64,000 bases of DNA. It comes from Macrostomum lignano. Taxonomy: Eukaryota. Under the pieces are notes generated by a model. The model was not told the DNA's origin. It saw only the letters and a list, made by a program, of their open reading frames with translations, and made no database searches. The stretch covers positions 186,001 through 250,000 of the forward strand of contig NIVC01000254.1 in the NCBI GenBank assembly GCA_002269645.1, in the 5' to 3' direction. The position numbers were made by a program, and so were the translations under genes. Below, piece by piece: positions 1 through 14,000 of this stretch. Numbering within the stretch: the stretch's first letter is position 1; every line of letters starts with the position of its first letter.

Positions 1-1210
1 AGACGGCTCGACGAGCTCAAAAAGGTGCCTAATTAGTCCTCCGATCCTGGTGAACCCGGATTTCACCAAGGAGTTCTCAGTCATCACGGATGCCAGTGGC
101 AGCGGAGTCGGTGCAATTCTGATTAATCAAGGCGAGGCGGTGATCGAGTTCTCAAGCCGCGCGTTCAATTCAGCTGAGAAGAAATACTCTGCAACAGAAA
201 AGGAGTGCCTGTCCATTCTGCACGTATTCAAAGTTTTTCGCCACTATCTTCTCGGCAAGCATTTCACGGTGCACACGGATCACTACATCGATTCACAGAG
301 AGTTGACAGCTACGGCAGGCTAGAACGATGGCGTCTGCTGCTTTAAGAGTTCGACTTCACCGTCAAGTACCGAAGAGGCGTTGAGAACACAGATGCTGAC
401 CCGCTGTCCAGACTGCACGGCCAAGAAGTTGCAGCTACGCAGCCGACTCCGGAAATCGACACTGAAGAGCTCAAAACTGCGCAGCGACAGGACCTGGAGC
501 TCAGCGAGGTGATTCAGCTGGTGATGGACAAGGACGCAGAAATTGCACCCAGATGGCGGGCAGGACCACTGCAGCAACTTGGCAGAATCTGGAAGAAGCT
601 GAAGCTGGATGATGACGGTGTTCTACTGCGCAAGTTCAATAACCCGGACGGCCTGCGGGAAGTTCCAGTGGTGCCAGCAAGGCTTCGACAACAGTTTTTG
701 ACCATACGCTCACGAAGGTCTGGGAGGTCATTTCGGAGCCGAGAAATGCTACCGCACACTGAAACTGACCGCGTACTGGCCCGGCATGGCTGAAGACATC
801 GTGCAACACTGCCAGAGTTGTTCTGTCTGTCAGGAGAAGAAAGCGGGCTCGCGGACCAGCGCGCCACTCGGAGAACTGCCAATCGGCTCGCCGTGGGATT
901 CTGTGGCTATCGACATCGTCAAGGTGGCGCCATCATCGCGCGGCAACAAATACCTGCTGGTGGCTCAGGATCAGTTTTCCAAGTACCTGACGGCCGTGGC
1001 GATTCCTGACCAGACTGCTGAGACTACTGCTCGCGCCTTCCTCTCCATCGGCTCCCAGACTGGACTTCCCCGAGTCATCCACTCCGCTCAAGGACCGAAT
1101 TTCGAGTCTCAGCTTTTTCAAGACACTCTGCGAGGCCTGGGAGTCACGAAGACAAGAACAACGGCTTACAATCCCAAAGGCAATGGATTAGCAGAGTCGG
1201 GCAACAATTC
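1..1210 (+). pseudogene. Degenerate Ty3/gypsy pol fragment (RNase H, integrase zinc finger and core), running off the window start
   Basis: RNase H motifs TDASGSGVGAIL and EKECLSI..FRHYLLGKHFTVHTDH (50-346); in-frame stop at 344-346; frameshift before the C..C of the HHCC finger; integrase core WDSVAIDIV..IHSAQGPNFES..YNPKGNGLAE (786-1200), truncated near 1200. Confidence 0.9.
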
Positions 1211-2836
1211 AGTGCAGTCAGTCGTATCTCTCTGCCTTGGTCTACATAAGTACCCGACGCTTAGTAAAAATACGTGAAAAGACGAAAGAATTACAAAGCA
1301 TAAATTCTTTTGCGCACCGCATCGCGAGATCTGAGAGTAATGGAGGTAAAAGGTGAAAGAGAGTAGCTAGAAAGAATTTAGAGAGCTCGAACCATCAGGC
1401 CGCATTGCGTTTGTGAAGTTTCAAAGGACCTAAGGGCCAGAGAGCCTGGGAGGCTTCGCGAGCAGAAGTTTGCTGTCCCCTGGTGAACAATTACACCATG
1501 TACAAGATAAAATTCCGCGTGCTTTTTATATTTTATTCATAAACCAAAATACAAATTATTATTGATCTCTAAATAATACTTATACTACGAGTACTTACTA
1601 CTAGGGGGGCAGCGCCAACCCAACAGTAGAATCAGGGGGATGGGTGCAAAGACTGCGGCCATCCTGACCACTAGCCAGCGACAAAACCCGAGTGTGCACG
1701 CGCAAAAAGATACTCCAGCCAGGCATCCAGAGTCCCCATGTCTCGGAAGAGGGCTTCCATGTTGGAGCGAGTCTTGGCAGCTAATTTACCAGGGGCGAGT
1801 CTCGTATCAAAGAACTTGCAAAGGGCTGCAAGCCACAAGGCTTTTTCACTACCCAGCTCTATTGAGCCCAAGTCAAGGGGTTGGAGAGCTGGGAGCAGCA
1901 CAGAGCGGAGACACCGCGGACTCAGCCGGTATTCCCCGATTCGGGACGAACTCTTCCCCAGGACACCAATTCACTGTCAGTGATGAGAGCCAGAGACACA
2001 ATAATCAGGGAGACAACCAGAAGAGCCAGGAGATGGCCAAGGGAGTAGATGGAATTCTCAGAGGTGAGATCGTAACTCCAAATTTCTGGAATGGCTCATG
2101 ACCAAAAGCTAAAAGCAAGGGATAAAAACATGGAGGAGTATCACACAACCTCTGGGGCTCCGCCTCCCATGGCTGGCATCAACTGGGCTCTACCGAACAC
2201 TTTTGTGAATGGTCGTCTTTCCTTTGCGGTGCGACCAGGGGGCTCAAGCCTCGATCTAGTAGCCACTCCACAGTTCAGAGTCACAATCACTCCAGGTACA
2301 CCCCCCCCCCCTAAACCAAGGCAGGGCCGAAAAAAACAGATGAGGGCACTTAGAGATTAAGCTACCCGAAGGGCAGGTCAATTGGATTGCGCACAGCCCG
2401 AGAAATGCCGGTGTCACGTCTTTAAAAAAATTCTGCCTTGTTTTATTCGCTAGATGAAAGAAGACGACAAACGTATTTGGCCAAATACTTTTCAGTTATT
2501 CAAACTCATTCGGTCATCTTGAATTCTCTCACAGAGCAGAAACTATCTTAATACCTTATTTTATTTGTCTTGAAATATTCCGACAACATTGCGAGTAGAC
2601 AATAAATTATTACTGCAAAGTACATTGCAACTAAAAGACAACAACAATCCAGAACTGAATGAAGTACTCGTACACAAAATCAGTCAAATGCACTTTATAA
2701 TACTATAAGGCTTGATGTGAAAAATAAATTAACCGTAGATAGCTAATTTCTAATTCTCTAATTTTCTAATTAAATTATTTTAATTAGAAGCCTGAAACTA
2801 CTGTCAAATAATAGAAATTTAAATTCTTTAAATCAC

Positions 2837-3367
2837 CTATTTGTGGTGGTATTTCTTCAGGTGGCGGCCATTGATCGCTGTAGATCGCCCCTCGAGTCTG
2901 TACAGGTTGCTGCTTAGAACACGTTCGACCATGTAAACCTTGGCGCACCATGGTGTCTTCAGTTTGCCGCCTTTCCGATCGTCGCGGACAAAGTTCCGCA
3001 GCAGCACCTTGTCTCCGACTTTGAAGCTGAGGCTGCTAGCAGACGCCAGACGCTGCTGATGGTACTGCTGCATAGCTTGCTGCGCCCGACGGATGCGTCG
3101 ACGCATCAACTCAATGGTCCGTCCACGTTCTTCTGACTTTCTCTCTACATGACGAATCGTGACGTCACCGACCATGGCAGCGTCTGCTGGTCCGATGCTG
3201 TCATTGGGAAGTCGTAGTTCATTGCCGAACACAGCCTCCCAAGCAAGGCAGTACGTCGCCTCGACGTCGCTATGAAGTCGCCATTGGTCGCCATCGTCGC
3301 GGGCAAATATTGGTTGCACTGTTTTAGTCGGGGCGACGTCATCTTGCGACGTAGGCTTTTTTTTCAA
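2837..3367 (-). pseudogene. Gypsy-type integrase C-terminal remnant
   Basis: FGNELRLP..FKVGDKVLLRN..KLKTPW..Y.V..Y.L...HLKKY matches the pattern of the integrase C-terminal GPY/F-like domain. No catalytic core nearby and no ATG start. Confidence 0.6.
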
Positions 3368-4822
3368 AAATTATTTCATATGCTATAGAGGATCTTATAT
3401 CCTTACTTAAATCGGAATAACTTTTTTATGAATTTTTAAACTAGTTGAGCTGAACTATCCTTTATTTCTACACGAAGGTTATTTGTTCGTTTGTTATACG
3501 ATGGATAGTAAAATTTTCTTGATCGAAGTAGCAAAATACGAACTGTTTCTTTTGACAATAAGTAAATTTACTGATTAATAGTGACAGAAGTAGTAGCTAA
3601 ATAATTAATTCTGGATTCGATCTCTGTACCTTGTGTGGTATAATATTGTATGATCTTATATTTATAAGATGATAGAGGTCTTTGGTCAACTGTCTTTAAC
3701 GATTATTCAAATTTACCATTTTCTTTGTGCTGTCTACATCTTAACAAGCTAACCTAATTATGCCTACCTACCTTGTGTTGTGTTGTGTTGTGTTGTGTTT
3801 TTGGCCAAACCAAAAGGCTTGTCAAATCAAGTTCATAAAGTGGAGCCTGTTCCTTAGTAACCTATGATGCTATGTACACAAATGATATCATTCTGCTTAC
3901 AATGACATTAGAAAGCTGGGTTTGGAAAAAAGCAATAAAAATTGGACTTTAAATAGGGGAAAACAAGCAAGGGGATAATAGAGACTTTATTTTATAAGCT
4001 TAAGTTGGCCTTTTATATTGTTAGGCCTTTATTTAATAATGTAGACTATTGACTAGACCTAGGCTATCTAATAAGATATGATTTAAAAAAATTATTTATA
4101 TTTATAATGACTGATACATATTAATGTTAATAGTTAGGCCCTAACTTTATTTAATCTAATCTTTGGCCAAAATTCATATTTTGAAAATTAGTCTAATGTA
4201 CTATTAATTAGGAATTTAAGAGGTTAGTCTATAGATTTTTTATGCATTTTTTAGGCCTATACTTTTATAATGACTATATATTGGGATTGCCATTAGCATA
4301 CCATTGATTAGGCCCTATTTTGTCTATTTATTTTAAATTGCTTTATAATTTATGCTTTGAAAACTTAACCAATTTCTATGTCTAACTTGGCTTTTAGGTA
4401 AGCCTATTATTTTTTGCCTTTTATCCTTTAATTTATTGATAGAAATTAAAAAAATTCTAATAAAATCTAATAAAATTATTTAAATATCTAATAAATTAAT
4501 AATTAAATTAATGTAACTAACTAAAAAGGCCTAGGCCCTATAAATCTTTACATTAAATAATAGCTACCTATAGATTATTTAAAATTGATTTTTATAAGCT
4601 TTTATTCTATGTATTTCCTTGAAAAAATATTCATTTTTTGTTTCTTATATACAGATAATATATTTTTATCAAATTTTGCATTTCAGATGGCATACTTTGC
4701 CCAAGAAGTTACATAATGTCATGCTCCCATCATGTGCATCAGATAAGGCAATTGCAGCTAATTACAGCAGAATACCAAAGAGATTATGTCAACACAAAGC
4801 CTGAGGAACATTCATGAGCATT

Positions 4823-6256
4823 TAGGGGGCGACCCAGTCCCGGGCCCGGGCCCGAAAAGTCGGGAATCCCGACCAAAATCGTGGCCCGACCCGGGCCCGG
4901 GCCCGAACCTAAAAAAGTCGGGAAATCGGGACAAGTCTTTTTTCCCTAAAGGCACTAACCGAGTGCGAATAAGAAAAAAATATTTTTCAACACATTCATA
5001 TTTAGATGATATGATGTGAAGTAGCAATATCATTGATTCGTAGTAGGCTCTTAGCGTGAGCGTCTGTGACCGTGAGCGTCAGCCACAGCCAGTTTCCACT
5101 TTCCAGGAAGATCGGATTTTTTTCCAGGAAGATAAAATTAAAACATAGTTTTGCAATACTTTTTTGCAATATTGATTCCACTTTACACGCTGCAGGCTGC
5201 AGCCTGAAAGCAAAAATATGATTCTTTAAAAAGTTTATTTGTCATTTTTAAGCTTTTGTAAATAACATTTCCTATTTACATTCCAAGAAGGCTACGAGTA
5301 CCATTTTTCCAAGAAGTTTGCTATCTATTAGAGTTTGTAATCGTGTTCATATTTGTATCGTAGGTAGTCGTAGTCGTAGACTTGTAGTATTGTATTCGTA
5401 ATCATATTCGTTTAAGAAGGTAGGTGAGCAGGTAGGCAGGTATCAGCTAATTACTTGTATTTCCATTGTCTGTTTGCCTGTTCTGTTGAGACAGTTGAGT
5501 GTTGTGTTGTGTTGTCACTTCACTTGTGTTCTGTTCTGTTGTCTTGTCTTGTTGTCTTACTGAATACTGACTGTGTACATGGCTCTTTACATTGAATCTA
5601 TGTAAAGGAACTAAAAATTCAAATAAAAGAATCAATCAATTGATTTGGTTCTTACTTCCTTACTGCTTCCAATGCCAAGTGCCTTACACTTAATGCTTCA
5701 GCTTTTCTTCTTTTGCTTACTGCCACTGCCAGTGCCAGCCGCACTGCCGCAGTGACTGCTTGCCTACCTCACTGCTTGTTAGTATCACTGTCACTGGCAC
5801 ACACACAGTACTTGTGCCACACACTCACACAGTGACATTGAATTTGAACTATTGAGTATATTGATATTTGAGTATTAAGTCTTTTAATGTAATTCTTATC
5901 TTATTCTGAAGTCTTAACTAATGTATTAAATAATAATAATATTTATTGTATATTTATTATATTTAAATTTAAATATTTATTATATTTAATATAATATATT
6001 ATATTTATTATATTTATATATTATTATATATTTAATATATTTATATATTATAATATATTTAATGTTTATCATATATTTATTATATATTTAATAGTAATCC
6101 GCATATGCTAAAAGTATTAAGATTTATTATGATTTTTTTCCAATTATTGAGCTGTCCTAAAGATCTTGTCCCGAATTCCCGAGGCCCGACCCGGGCCCGA
6201 GTCCTCATTCCCGGGCCCGACCCGGGCCCGACTTTGGCCGTCCCGGTCGCCCCCTA
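4823..6256. mobile_element. Non-autonomous hAT DNA transposon, 1434 bp
   Basis: Perfect 12-bp TIR TAGGGGGCGACC (4823-4834) / GGTCGCCCCCTA (6245-6256); 8-bp TSD TGAGCATT at 4815-4822 and 6257-6264; subterminal CCCGGGCCCG clusters at both ends; no transposase ORF. Confidence 0.9.
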
Positions 6257-7227
6257 TGAGCATTAAGCAGGTCCATCAGGACATCAGCAAGACAATAACT
6301 GGACAAGTGCAAGAACTTCTATTTCTGTATTTCCTGATGCATCTGAGTCATGATGTGGAGGACCATGGCGAAGTTGGCTGCTTTCAGTGTCCCACCATTT
6401 CCTTTTAAGAATATTGAGTATGCTTAATGCTTAAAGTCAGATATTTCAAGTTAGAAAAATGAAACTTAATATATTTTTGCATTCGTTTTCTTTAAAGATG
6501 TCAGCAAAATTCAGAAACTGTTAAAAGATGCTTGCTTTGTCGCTTTGTGGCATCAATTTCTCAACAGCAGGATTTTGTTGGCAGTTTACCATCTAAGCCC
6601 CAAAGGTTAGTTATTCTGTCACGGTGCATATTTTTGTTAACTAATATTTCTTTCCTGTTGTAAAATAATAATGTTCAGCATTGTAGTCCAATTGTCACTA
6701 ATGTACTGATAAATTTCATTGCAGCATAATTGCTTTGTCCACAAGCTGTGCATGCAGTGCAGTTCTGTCGCCGGCTCCAGGACCTAGTTCTCTGCAGTCT
6801 GAATCGAGGGGGACTTGATGAGAAGGAAATGGTTCGATTTAAGTAATAATTATGCTGCCAACATGTTGTAAGGTTTAACTGTAAAATCTGGAGCAATTTC
6901 GTTTGCCACTTTTTATTGTCCCTTTGACCCTTCTCAGTGAGTAAAATATCTGCACTTCAAAATGCATTTGTAAATTCAAAATCATTTGTCTTTGAGTGTA
7001 ACTGTGTAAAAATTACTTTTCTGATAATAATAAATAAATTAACCAACAAAAAACCTTTTTTAATTGAATTATATTGAATAATTTATAAATTCAATCAAGA
7101 TATTTAACCAGAGCAAGGTAGCTTATTAATCTTCGTTTAATTTCATCTATAATCTTAGTAAAAATTAATTGAATTATGATTTCGAGATTCGCACTATATT
7201 GAAGGTGCTAAGCAATCTGTAATAGAT

Positions 7228-7375
7228 GGTCGCCGTTTGGTCGCCAGTACGTGAAATTCTGACGTCGCCTGGGGTCGTAATGGCGACGTCGCCGCGCGCG
7301 ACAAAATGGCTGGTTTGGCGACGTTATTTTGCGACGTGTTAGCGACGTCGAGGCAACGGCATTGCTTTGACTGGG
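7228..7375. mobile_element. Probable single terminus of a CACTA/EnSpm-like DNA transposon
   Basis: Ends in GCTTTGACTGGG (CCCAGTCAAAGC on the other strand), with dense subterminal GCGACGT/GACGTCGC repeats. No partner end found. Confidence 0.4.
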
Positions 7376-8046
7376 CTTGTAAGGCCAGACTTTAAAATCT
7401 TGTCAACAGACTTGCGGACGAGAATGCGCGGCTAAAATATCTTCGGCAGTGTTCATGTAGGTGATATCAGATCACGGCTTAAACTGTAATTATTGACAGG
7501 TTTTTAATCTCGTAAACCCCAGGCAGAAATCAGCCTAGGAGTGCGCTTGGCATGACTTACGTCGTGCCGTATTTAATCTGGGCCCAGATAAAATAACGCA
7601 TCCAAAGTTATCAGCCGAATACTTTTCTGCCTAGTATAATGGTTGGCATAACACCGGGGCAAAAACAGTCAGAGACCGTCTTTACGACTCATTACAGCAT
7701 ATAAACTTTTGCACCAAATTTGCCAAATCATTTTTAAAACTATAGTCAGAGCACGTTCATGTATATTTTTTCGTGCCCTCTGTCGATCAAAATACCGAAT
7801 TTAAATTTACGAGAATAAATTTATTTGATATCAAAATAATAAAAATACTGACAGAATGTCGATCATACCTATGTATACAATACATTTAGCAAATAAGTAC
7901 ACACTTTTATCATTGCTGTTTGGTTGGTTGCAAGTCAAACAAATTATATTAGCAAAAGTAAAATATTTTGGAATTATACCGCACGCAGCGTTGTATGTAC
8001 AGTCCTGGGTTCATGTAGAGTCAGAAATTAAATGTAATTACATTCA

Positions 8047-11000
8047 CTACTGATGAATGTACTTAGGTCGAACAACGAAGTTAACAAGAGTCTCTTTGTA
8101 AGCGTCCCAGTTGTAGTAGGACTGCAGCTTCTCGTTCAGACTCTCCAGAGTAGGGAACATTTGAATCTGCAGAGGAGGACGTTATATTTGGATATTATGG
8201 ATAAGGTGAATTATGAAGGAATTTGCCTGTCAGGGGAGTGGGGAAGGGTCCTTGGGAGGCGTCGGCGCCGGACAACAACGCAGGGCACCAGTGCCAGAGG
8301 CTCCACCATCGGGGGGGGGGTCGTCATCGGCCGGGGGCACCATAATTCAAAAGGCAGGCTATCAGCTATCACCAAAAAAGGGCGCCAGCACCAGGGGCGC
8401 CAGCACCAGGGGCTTTAGCACCAGGGGCGCCAGCACCAGGGGCGCCAGCACCAGGGGCTTTAGCACCAGGGGCGCCAGCACCAGGGGCGCCAGCACCAGG
8501 GGCTTTAGCACCAGGGGCGCCAGCACCAGGGGCGCCAGCACCAGGGGCTTTAGCACCAGGGGCGCCAGCACCAGGGGCGCCAGCACCAGGGGCTTTAGCA
8601 CCAGGGACTTTAGCACCAGGGACTTTAGCACCAGGGACTTTAGCACCAGGGGCTTTAGCACCAGGGGCTTTAGCACCAGGGGCTTTAGCACCAGGGACTT
8701 TAGCACCAGGGGCTTTAGCACCAGGGGCTTTAGCACCAGGGACTTTAGCACCAGGGGCTTTAGCACCAGGGACTTTAGCACCAGGGGCGCGAGCACCAGG
8801 GGCGCCAGCACCAGAGGCGCCAGCACCAGGGGCGCCAGCACCAGGGGCGCCAGCACCAGGGGCGCCAGCACCAGGGGCGCCAGCACCAGGGGCGCCAGCA
8901 CCAGGGGCGCCAGCACCAGGGGCGCCAGCACCAGGGACGCCAGCACCAGCAGGGGCACCAGTGGCGGGGGCAGCAAGCAATTAAATGGGTCACATCTAGT
9001 TTTACCATGTAGTGGGCACGCCCCCTTTCCCCCATCTGGCTACAACCGGTCACCTAGATAGTGTCACCTAGATGTATTCATCCTTTAGAACTGCAAATGC
9101 AACTGACAATTTAATTTCTCGTTTGAGAATACATCTTGATGTATTATTTAGTTCCTATGCTCACCTCGCGTCGAAGCAGCTGATAGTACTTCTCAGTCAT
9201 GTGCTTCAGGAAGAATTCTTTGTTAATGAGGATGCACTCGGCTCCCATGGATACGAGTGTTACTCCCGTGGTGCCGCCGAACACGCGAAATGCGATGGGT
9301 TCCAGGCCCTGCAGGAGTTTGTTTTAAATTTTGCCCAGATTTTTTAAAAAAAGTTTACCGCTTTAAACCGCTGCCCAAGTGCTCAACCGGCCGTTCTTAG
9401 CCTTACTTATAGACTGTGTACAGTCTTAGTCATAGATTGTGTACAGTCTGAGTCATAGATTGTGTACAGTCTGAGTCATAGATTGTGTACAGTCTCAGTC
9501 ATAGATTGTGTACAGTCTGAGTCATAGATTGTGTACAGTTTGAGTCATAGATTGTGTACAGTCTGAGTCATAGATTGTGTACAGTCTGAGTCATAGATTG
9601 TGTACAGTCTGAGTCATAGATTGTGTACAGTCTGAGTCATAGATTGTGTACAGTCTGAGTCATAGATTGTGTACAGTCTCAGTCATAGATTGTGTACAGT
9701 CTGAGTCATAGATTGTGTACAGTCTGAGTCATAGATTGTGTACAGTCTGAGTCATAGATTGTGTACAGTCTGAGTCATAGATTGTGTACAGTCTGAGTAA
9801 TAGATTGTGTACAGTCTGAGTCATAGATTGTGTACAGTCTGAGTTATAGATTGTGTACAGTCTGAGTAATAGATTGTGTACAGTTTGAGTCATAGATTGT
9901 GTACAGTCTGAGTTATAGATTGTGTACAGTCTGAGTCATAGATTGTGTACAGTCTGAATCATAGATTGTGTACAGTCTGAGTCATAGATTGTGTACAGTC
10001 TGAGTCATAGATTGTGTACATACTGAGTCATAGATTGTGTACAGTTTGAGTCATAGATTGTGTAAATTCTGAGTCATAGATTGTTTACAGTCTCAGTCAT
10101 AGATTGTGTACATTCTGAGTCATAGATTGTTTACAGTCTCAGTCATAGATTGTATACATTCTGAGTCATAGATTGTGTACAGTCTCAGTCATAGATTGTG
10201 TACAGTCTCAGTCATAGATTGTGTACAGTATTGGCGCACTTGCATGTGCTTAGGAGTCAGCGCAGTCATTGCCATCCTGCAATTATGGTTATTAGTGCCA
10301 GCACCAGCGCATGCTTAAAGACAATTCACCGCGAACTCACAAAGGTATCCCGACGTTGCAGCACTTTCAGCTGAATGTACAGCTTGCCAGAAGGTCGGGC
10401 AACAACCCGCGGCAGTGACTGGCCGACACCACCCCTGTCACCGCTTTTCGGCTCGGGCAGACAGTCCCGTTGCATGAACTCCAGGTAGCGCTGATCATCC
10501 GTGTCCTGCTCAACTGGGTAGCTGTCGCACATTCTCTGCCTGCTGCGCAGTCGCGGTATTGTTGAAGCGCACGGCTGCAGGTCCTTCATCACCAGGCAGT
10601 GTCCGGATTTCACAATCAGGACGGAATCGGCCGAGTTGCTGTCCCGGCAGAGCACGATGCCTTTTCTGCGAGTTCAAATGATAAGCTTTGGGGAATAAAC
10701 CATGTAGAGTTCTTATCCCCCTGATATTTGCTGCTCCTCAGTTTCTTGCTGTGCTCACGACGTCCTTTAGGGGCATCTAGTATGGGATACATTTTAGCAA
10801 ACTAGCAAACATTTTAGCATCTTATGACCTTTGTGAGGGCTTTTAAGAGGTTGTGGATGCATTATCAATTTTAATATTTATATGTACTCCGGTCTTAATG
10901 TGCATCTTTTGCTGAGGTTATTTGGGGGCTTTAGCACCAGGGACTTTAGCACCAGGGGCTTTAGCACCAGGGGCTTTAGCACCAGTGGCTTTAGCACCAG

Positions 11001-14000
11001 GGACTTTAGCACCAGGGGCTCTAGCACCAAGGGGCTTTAGCACCAGGGGCTCTAGCACCAAGGGGCTTTAGCACCAAGGGGCTTTAGCACCAGTGGCTTT
11101 AGCACCAGGGACTTTAGCACCAGGGGCTTTAGCACCAGGGGCTCTAGCACCAAGGGGCTTTAGCACCAGGGGCTTTAGCACCAGTGGCTTTAGCACCAGG
11201 GACTTTAGCACCAGGGGCTCTAGCACCAAGGGGCTTTAGCACCAGTGGCTTTAGCACCAAGGGACTTTAGCACCAGTGGCTTTAGCACCAAGGGGCTTTA
11301 GCACCAGGGGCTCTAGCACCAAGGGGCTTTAGCACCAGGGGCTTTAGCACCAGGGGCTTTAGCACCAGGGGCTTTAGCACCAGGGGCTTTAGCACCAGGG
11401 GCTTTAGCACCAGGGGCTTTAGCACCAAGGGGCTTTAGCACCAGGGGTTTAGCATCAAGGGGCTTCAGCACCAGGGGCTTTAGCCAACCTACTTCAAACC
11501 ACACGCTTACACTCACTACTCACCTAAAGTAGGCAAACATGCACACTTTCGGATTGTCGTATGGCAGCTGGTCAATCGGCCAGCCATTCAGGGTTGGTAT
11601 GTCGCGAAGGAAGCTGATGTGCTCTGGCTCGTCCTCGGATTCCAGATTCATAAATATGTCGATAAAGTCTTCGCGACTCACGGCGAGCAGTTCCACCTCG
11701 TCTTTGCAATAAACGGTTGCGCTGCGTTTTCCGCCGTAGAGAAGCGCCAGCTCCTGGTTGGGTTGTGTCAGGTTTTACATTGATGCAGCTGTCTGCGATC
11801 TAAGCTGAGAAATTTTTACAATCTATCTGAGATCTATCCAAGATCTATCTAAGATGTATATGGGATCTATCTACAATCTCTCTGAGAACTCTTGAAGATA
11901 TATCGATTTTTTGCTGGGGGGACAAAGTACATGTACTTTCAACATGTACATGTACATGAGTAAGTTCCTAAATTCCTAAATTCCAGTATTTTCGGTGTTG
12001 TCTGCGCTCATTTTAGCGCCGCAGGCACTCATTTTAGCGCCGCAGACACTCATTTTAGCGCCGCAGGCACTCATTTTAGCGCCGCAGACACTCATTTTAG
12101 CGCCGCAGACACTCATTTTAGCGCCGCAGGCACTCATTTTAGCGCCGCAGGCACTCATTTTAGCGCCGCAGACACTCATTTTAGCGCCGCAGACACTCAT
12201 TTTAGCGCCGCAGACACTCATTTTAGCGCCGCAGGCACTCATTTTAGCACTCATTTTAGCGCCGCAGACACTCATTTTAGCGCCGCAGGCACTTTTTTGG
12301 CGCCCTGAAGATAAATCATTGATTTTCATAACGGGTCACAAGGTGGAATGGAGTGGACAAAGCATTGGCATGTCCCCCATAGCTTTTACTATGGTAAAAG
12401 CCGGTGGCAACACGCCCCTGCTAAAATCTATTTAAGTGTATGAAAATCTATCTAAGATCTATCCTAAATCTATTTACGATGCATGTAAGATGTGTCCAAA
12501 AACTAGCAAAAACGACTTACGCCGAAACTTTCGCCTTTTCTAAGAAATGCCACAGTTTTATTAAACGGTTCGCCTGTTGGCTTCTTGAGAGCGACAGATA
12601 CCGCGGCTAAAATATTTGATTTATTAATATCGGTTGCTGTGGAAACACAAAACATTAAATACGAGCGTATTATCAAATAAACTTACTCGTTCCGGATATT
12701 ATGAAATAAAAGTTAAGAGCGTTGTGTCCTTGACGAATGATGACCTGATTTGCGTTGAACCTGCAAGTAGGGGAAGTTCGAATTTTTTGTGCAACCGACA
12801 GCTCAGCCGCAGCTATTGCGCGGCGCATCTGAAGGCTGCGTACGGCTGTTCAGTCCAAGGACTGGGGGGGGGGTCGCCACACACACCCTCAATTGCCCCA
12901 GCTAATGCTGGCACCCATTTTACAGCTGGGTGAACTGAAGCAATGCAGAGTTAAGTGACCTGCTTGAGGACACAAATTTGTTGTGGATGTACATGTAATG
13001 TAACTCCGGTCTTGATGCGCATTTTTTGCTAAGGTTCTTCACATGGGCTTTAGCACCAGAGGCTTTAGCACCAGGGGCTTTAGCACCAGGGGCTTTAGCA
13101 CCAGGGGCTTTAGCACCAGGGGCTTTAGCACCAGGGGCTTTAGCACCAGGGGCTTTAGCACCAGGGGCTTTAGCACCAGGGGCTTTAGCACCAGGGACTT
13201 CAGCACCAGGGGCGCCAGCACCAGGGGCGCCAGCACCAGGGGCTTTAGCACCAGGGACTTTAGCACCAGGGGCTTTAGCACCAGTGGCTTTAGCACCAGG
13301 GACTTTAGCACCAGGGGCTCTAGCACCAAGGGGCTTTAGCACCAGGGGCTCTAGCACCAAGGGGCTTTAGCACCAGGGGCTTTAGCACCAGGGGCTTTAG
13401 CACCAGGGGCGCCAGCACCAGGGGCTTTAGTACCAGGGGCTTTAGCACCAGGGGCTTTAGCACCAGGGGCTTTAGCACCAGGGGCTTTAGCACCAGGGGC
13501 TTTAGCACCAGGGGCTTTAGCACCAGGGGCTTTAGCACCAGGGGCTTTAGCACCAGGGGCTTTAGCACCAGGGGCTTTAGCACCAGGGGCTTTAGCACCA
13601 GGGGCTTTAGCACCAGGGGCTTTAGCACCAGGGGCTTTAGCACCAGGGGCTTTAGCACCAGGGGCTTTAGCACCAGGGGCTTTAGCACCAGGGGCTTTAG
13701 CACCAGGGGCTTTAGCACCAGGGGCTTTAGCACCAGGGGCTTTAGCACCAGGGGCTTTAGCACCAGGGGCTTTAGCACCAGGGGCTTTAGCACCAGGGGC
13801 TTTAGCACCAGGGGCTTTAGCACCAGGGGCTTTAGCACCAGGGGCTTTAGCACCAGGGGCTTTAGCACCAGGGGCTTTAGCACCAGGGGCTTTAGCACCA
13901 GGGGCGCCAGCACCAGGGGCGCCAGCACCAGGGGCGCCAGCACCAGGGGCGCCAGCACCAGGGGCGCCAGCACCAGGGACTTTAGCACCAGGGGCTTTAG

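Noticed and set aside
1590-2400. Possible 3' end of a non-LTR retrotransposon or small genes (ORFs 1640-2360)
   Set aside because: A TAG/TAA-like tail on the minus strand is suggestive, but I could not recognise an RT, endonuclease or other motif in any frame.
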